Shown one piece after another: positions 56,382-56,997 of a DNA stretch of 56,997 nt (the first letter of the stretch is position 1; each line of letters begins with the position of its first letter). The DNA comes from a virus. Taxonomy: Duplodnaviria; Caudoviricetes. Under the pieces are notes generated by a model, which was given only the letters and a program-made list of their open reading frames with translations, was not told the origin of the DNA and made no database searches. Position numbers and translations under genes: made by a program. The stretch is taken from IMG/VR virus record IMGVR_UViG_3300044655_000346, positions 1 to 56,997 of that record; one strand, given 5' to 3'.

Positions 56382-56734
56382 AACGCAGCCACCAGCGGAT
56401 CGCGCCTCGGCTTTAACCTCTTACCTCTTTCCCTTGCCAAGCGGAAAGCCTTATCGTCCAATGTCTCGCGCTGCCTAAACCTACGCAACCTCTCCACTGC
56501 TGTCAGTGGTGGAGGTTTGACGGCATCAGTGCCGATGCCATAGCGGTACACCGCCACCAGCACTCTGCCCGATCTGCGCCACTCTTGGATGTGGACCGTG
56601 CCAGCGAGTCGCAGACGGTTGATCATCTGCTGCGCTGACCTCTCGGTGCAGTACACCTTGGCCGCCAGCTCTGGCGCTGTGCAGGCTGTGCGCTGAAGCA
56701 GATCAATTACTCGCGGGAGTCTTGCGGATTTCAT
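56354..56734 (-). CDS. Winged-HTH DNA-binding protein
   Basis: TAPELAAKV..TERS, VHI.EW and RRDPLVAAFYG motifs. Confidence 0.65.
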   Translation of the reverse strand: MKSARLPRVIDLLQRTACTAPELAAKVYCTERSAQQMINRLRLAGTVHIQEWRRSGRVLVAVYRYGIGTDAVKPPPLTAVERLRRFRQRETLDDKAFRLARERGKRLKPRRDPLVAAFYGNSKDAD

Positions 56735-56876
56735 TTCTCTTTACTGCACTCTCAATCAAATACTTTCGCAGCCACAGGCCGCCGCCCAGTTTGCGCCATT
56801 CCTTAAATTGCTCCTGCGTCAACCGCGCCCCTATGATTTTGGCGTTGGTGGTCAACTCTGTCTTTGGTCTGGGCAT
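56703..56876 (-). CDS. Small ribbon-helix-helix-like protein (57 aa)
   Basis: Own translation: MPRPKTELT...ARLTQEQFKEWRKLGGGLWLRKYL. Confidence 0.55.
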   Translation of the reverse strand: MPRPKTELTTNAKIIGARLTQEQFKEWRKLGGGLWLRKYLIESAVKRNEIRKTPASN

Positions 56877-56997
56877 TCACTTATCCTCGGTCTGGTCCAA
56901 CAAAAATTTGATGACGCAAAAGATCACCAGTAGCGTGATGGTGATGGAGAGCACCGCCACCAGCAAGAAGTTGATTATGGTTTCCATACGCGCAGCA

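Larger units (their letters stand above)
43007..56997 (+). mobile_element. Phage A, right part (fibre modules, lysis, tail, ejection genes)
   Basis: GATC and CCGG return from ~44.3 kb. Supplies the genes missing from the left flank. Confidence 0.8.

Noticed and set aside
1-56997. CRISPR array, tRNA or rRNA genes
   Set aside because: No regularly spaced repeat-spacer units or convincing cloverleaf seen by eye. A tRNAscan run would be needed to exclude tRNAs fully.
1-56997. Alternative genetic code (stop-codon recoding)
   Set aside because: TerL, portal, capsid and other long genes are intact under the standard code, and all three stop codons end genes

Overview
The window is entirely tailed-phage (Caudoviricetes, podovirus-like) DNA of the kind common in aquatic metagenomes, and it appears to contain two different phage genomes. 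Phage A forms both flanks. On the left (1-~5.3 kb) are a DUF5309-type major capsid gene, an HNH, a glycosyltransferase, an adaptor, a fibre and a GIY-YIG. On the right (~43-57 kb) are fibre modules, a lysis cassette with nested Rz/Rz1, tail stabilisation proteins and ejection proteins. Between them lies an apparently complete, circularly permuted 37,689-bp genome of phage B, with its own TerL, portal, scaffold, capsid, tail, ejection, lysis, recombination and early genes, and no integrase or polymerase that I can recognise. B is bounded by a ~610-bp identical direct repeat (5318-5927 = 43007-43616) inside a tail-fibre-module cassette shared by both phages. By manual scan B lacks GATC and CCGG over ~37 kb, while A has many. 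The join is either a recombinational cointegrate or an assembly chimera. Within B I see a candidate -1 programmed frameshift (RecT-HTH fusion), a sigma54/IHF/NtrC-like early promoter next to DnaA boxes, RNase III-like hairpins between early genes, a C4/CI-like antisense element followed by a ~290-nt structured RNA candidate, and an AUU-start lysis-region gene shared with A. All family assignments come from motif recognition by eye, not database searches.
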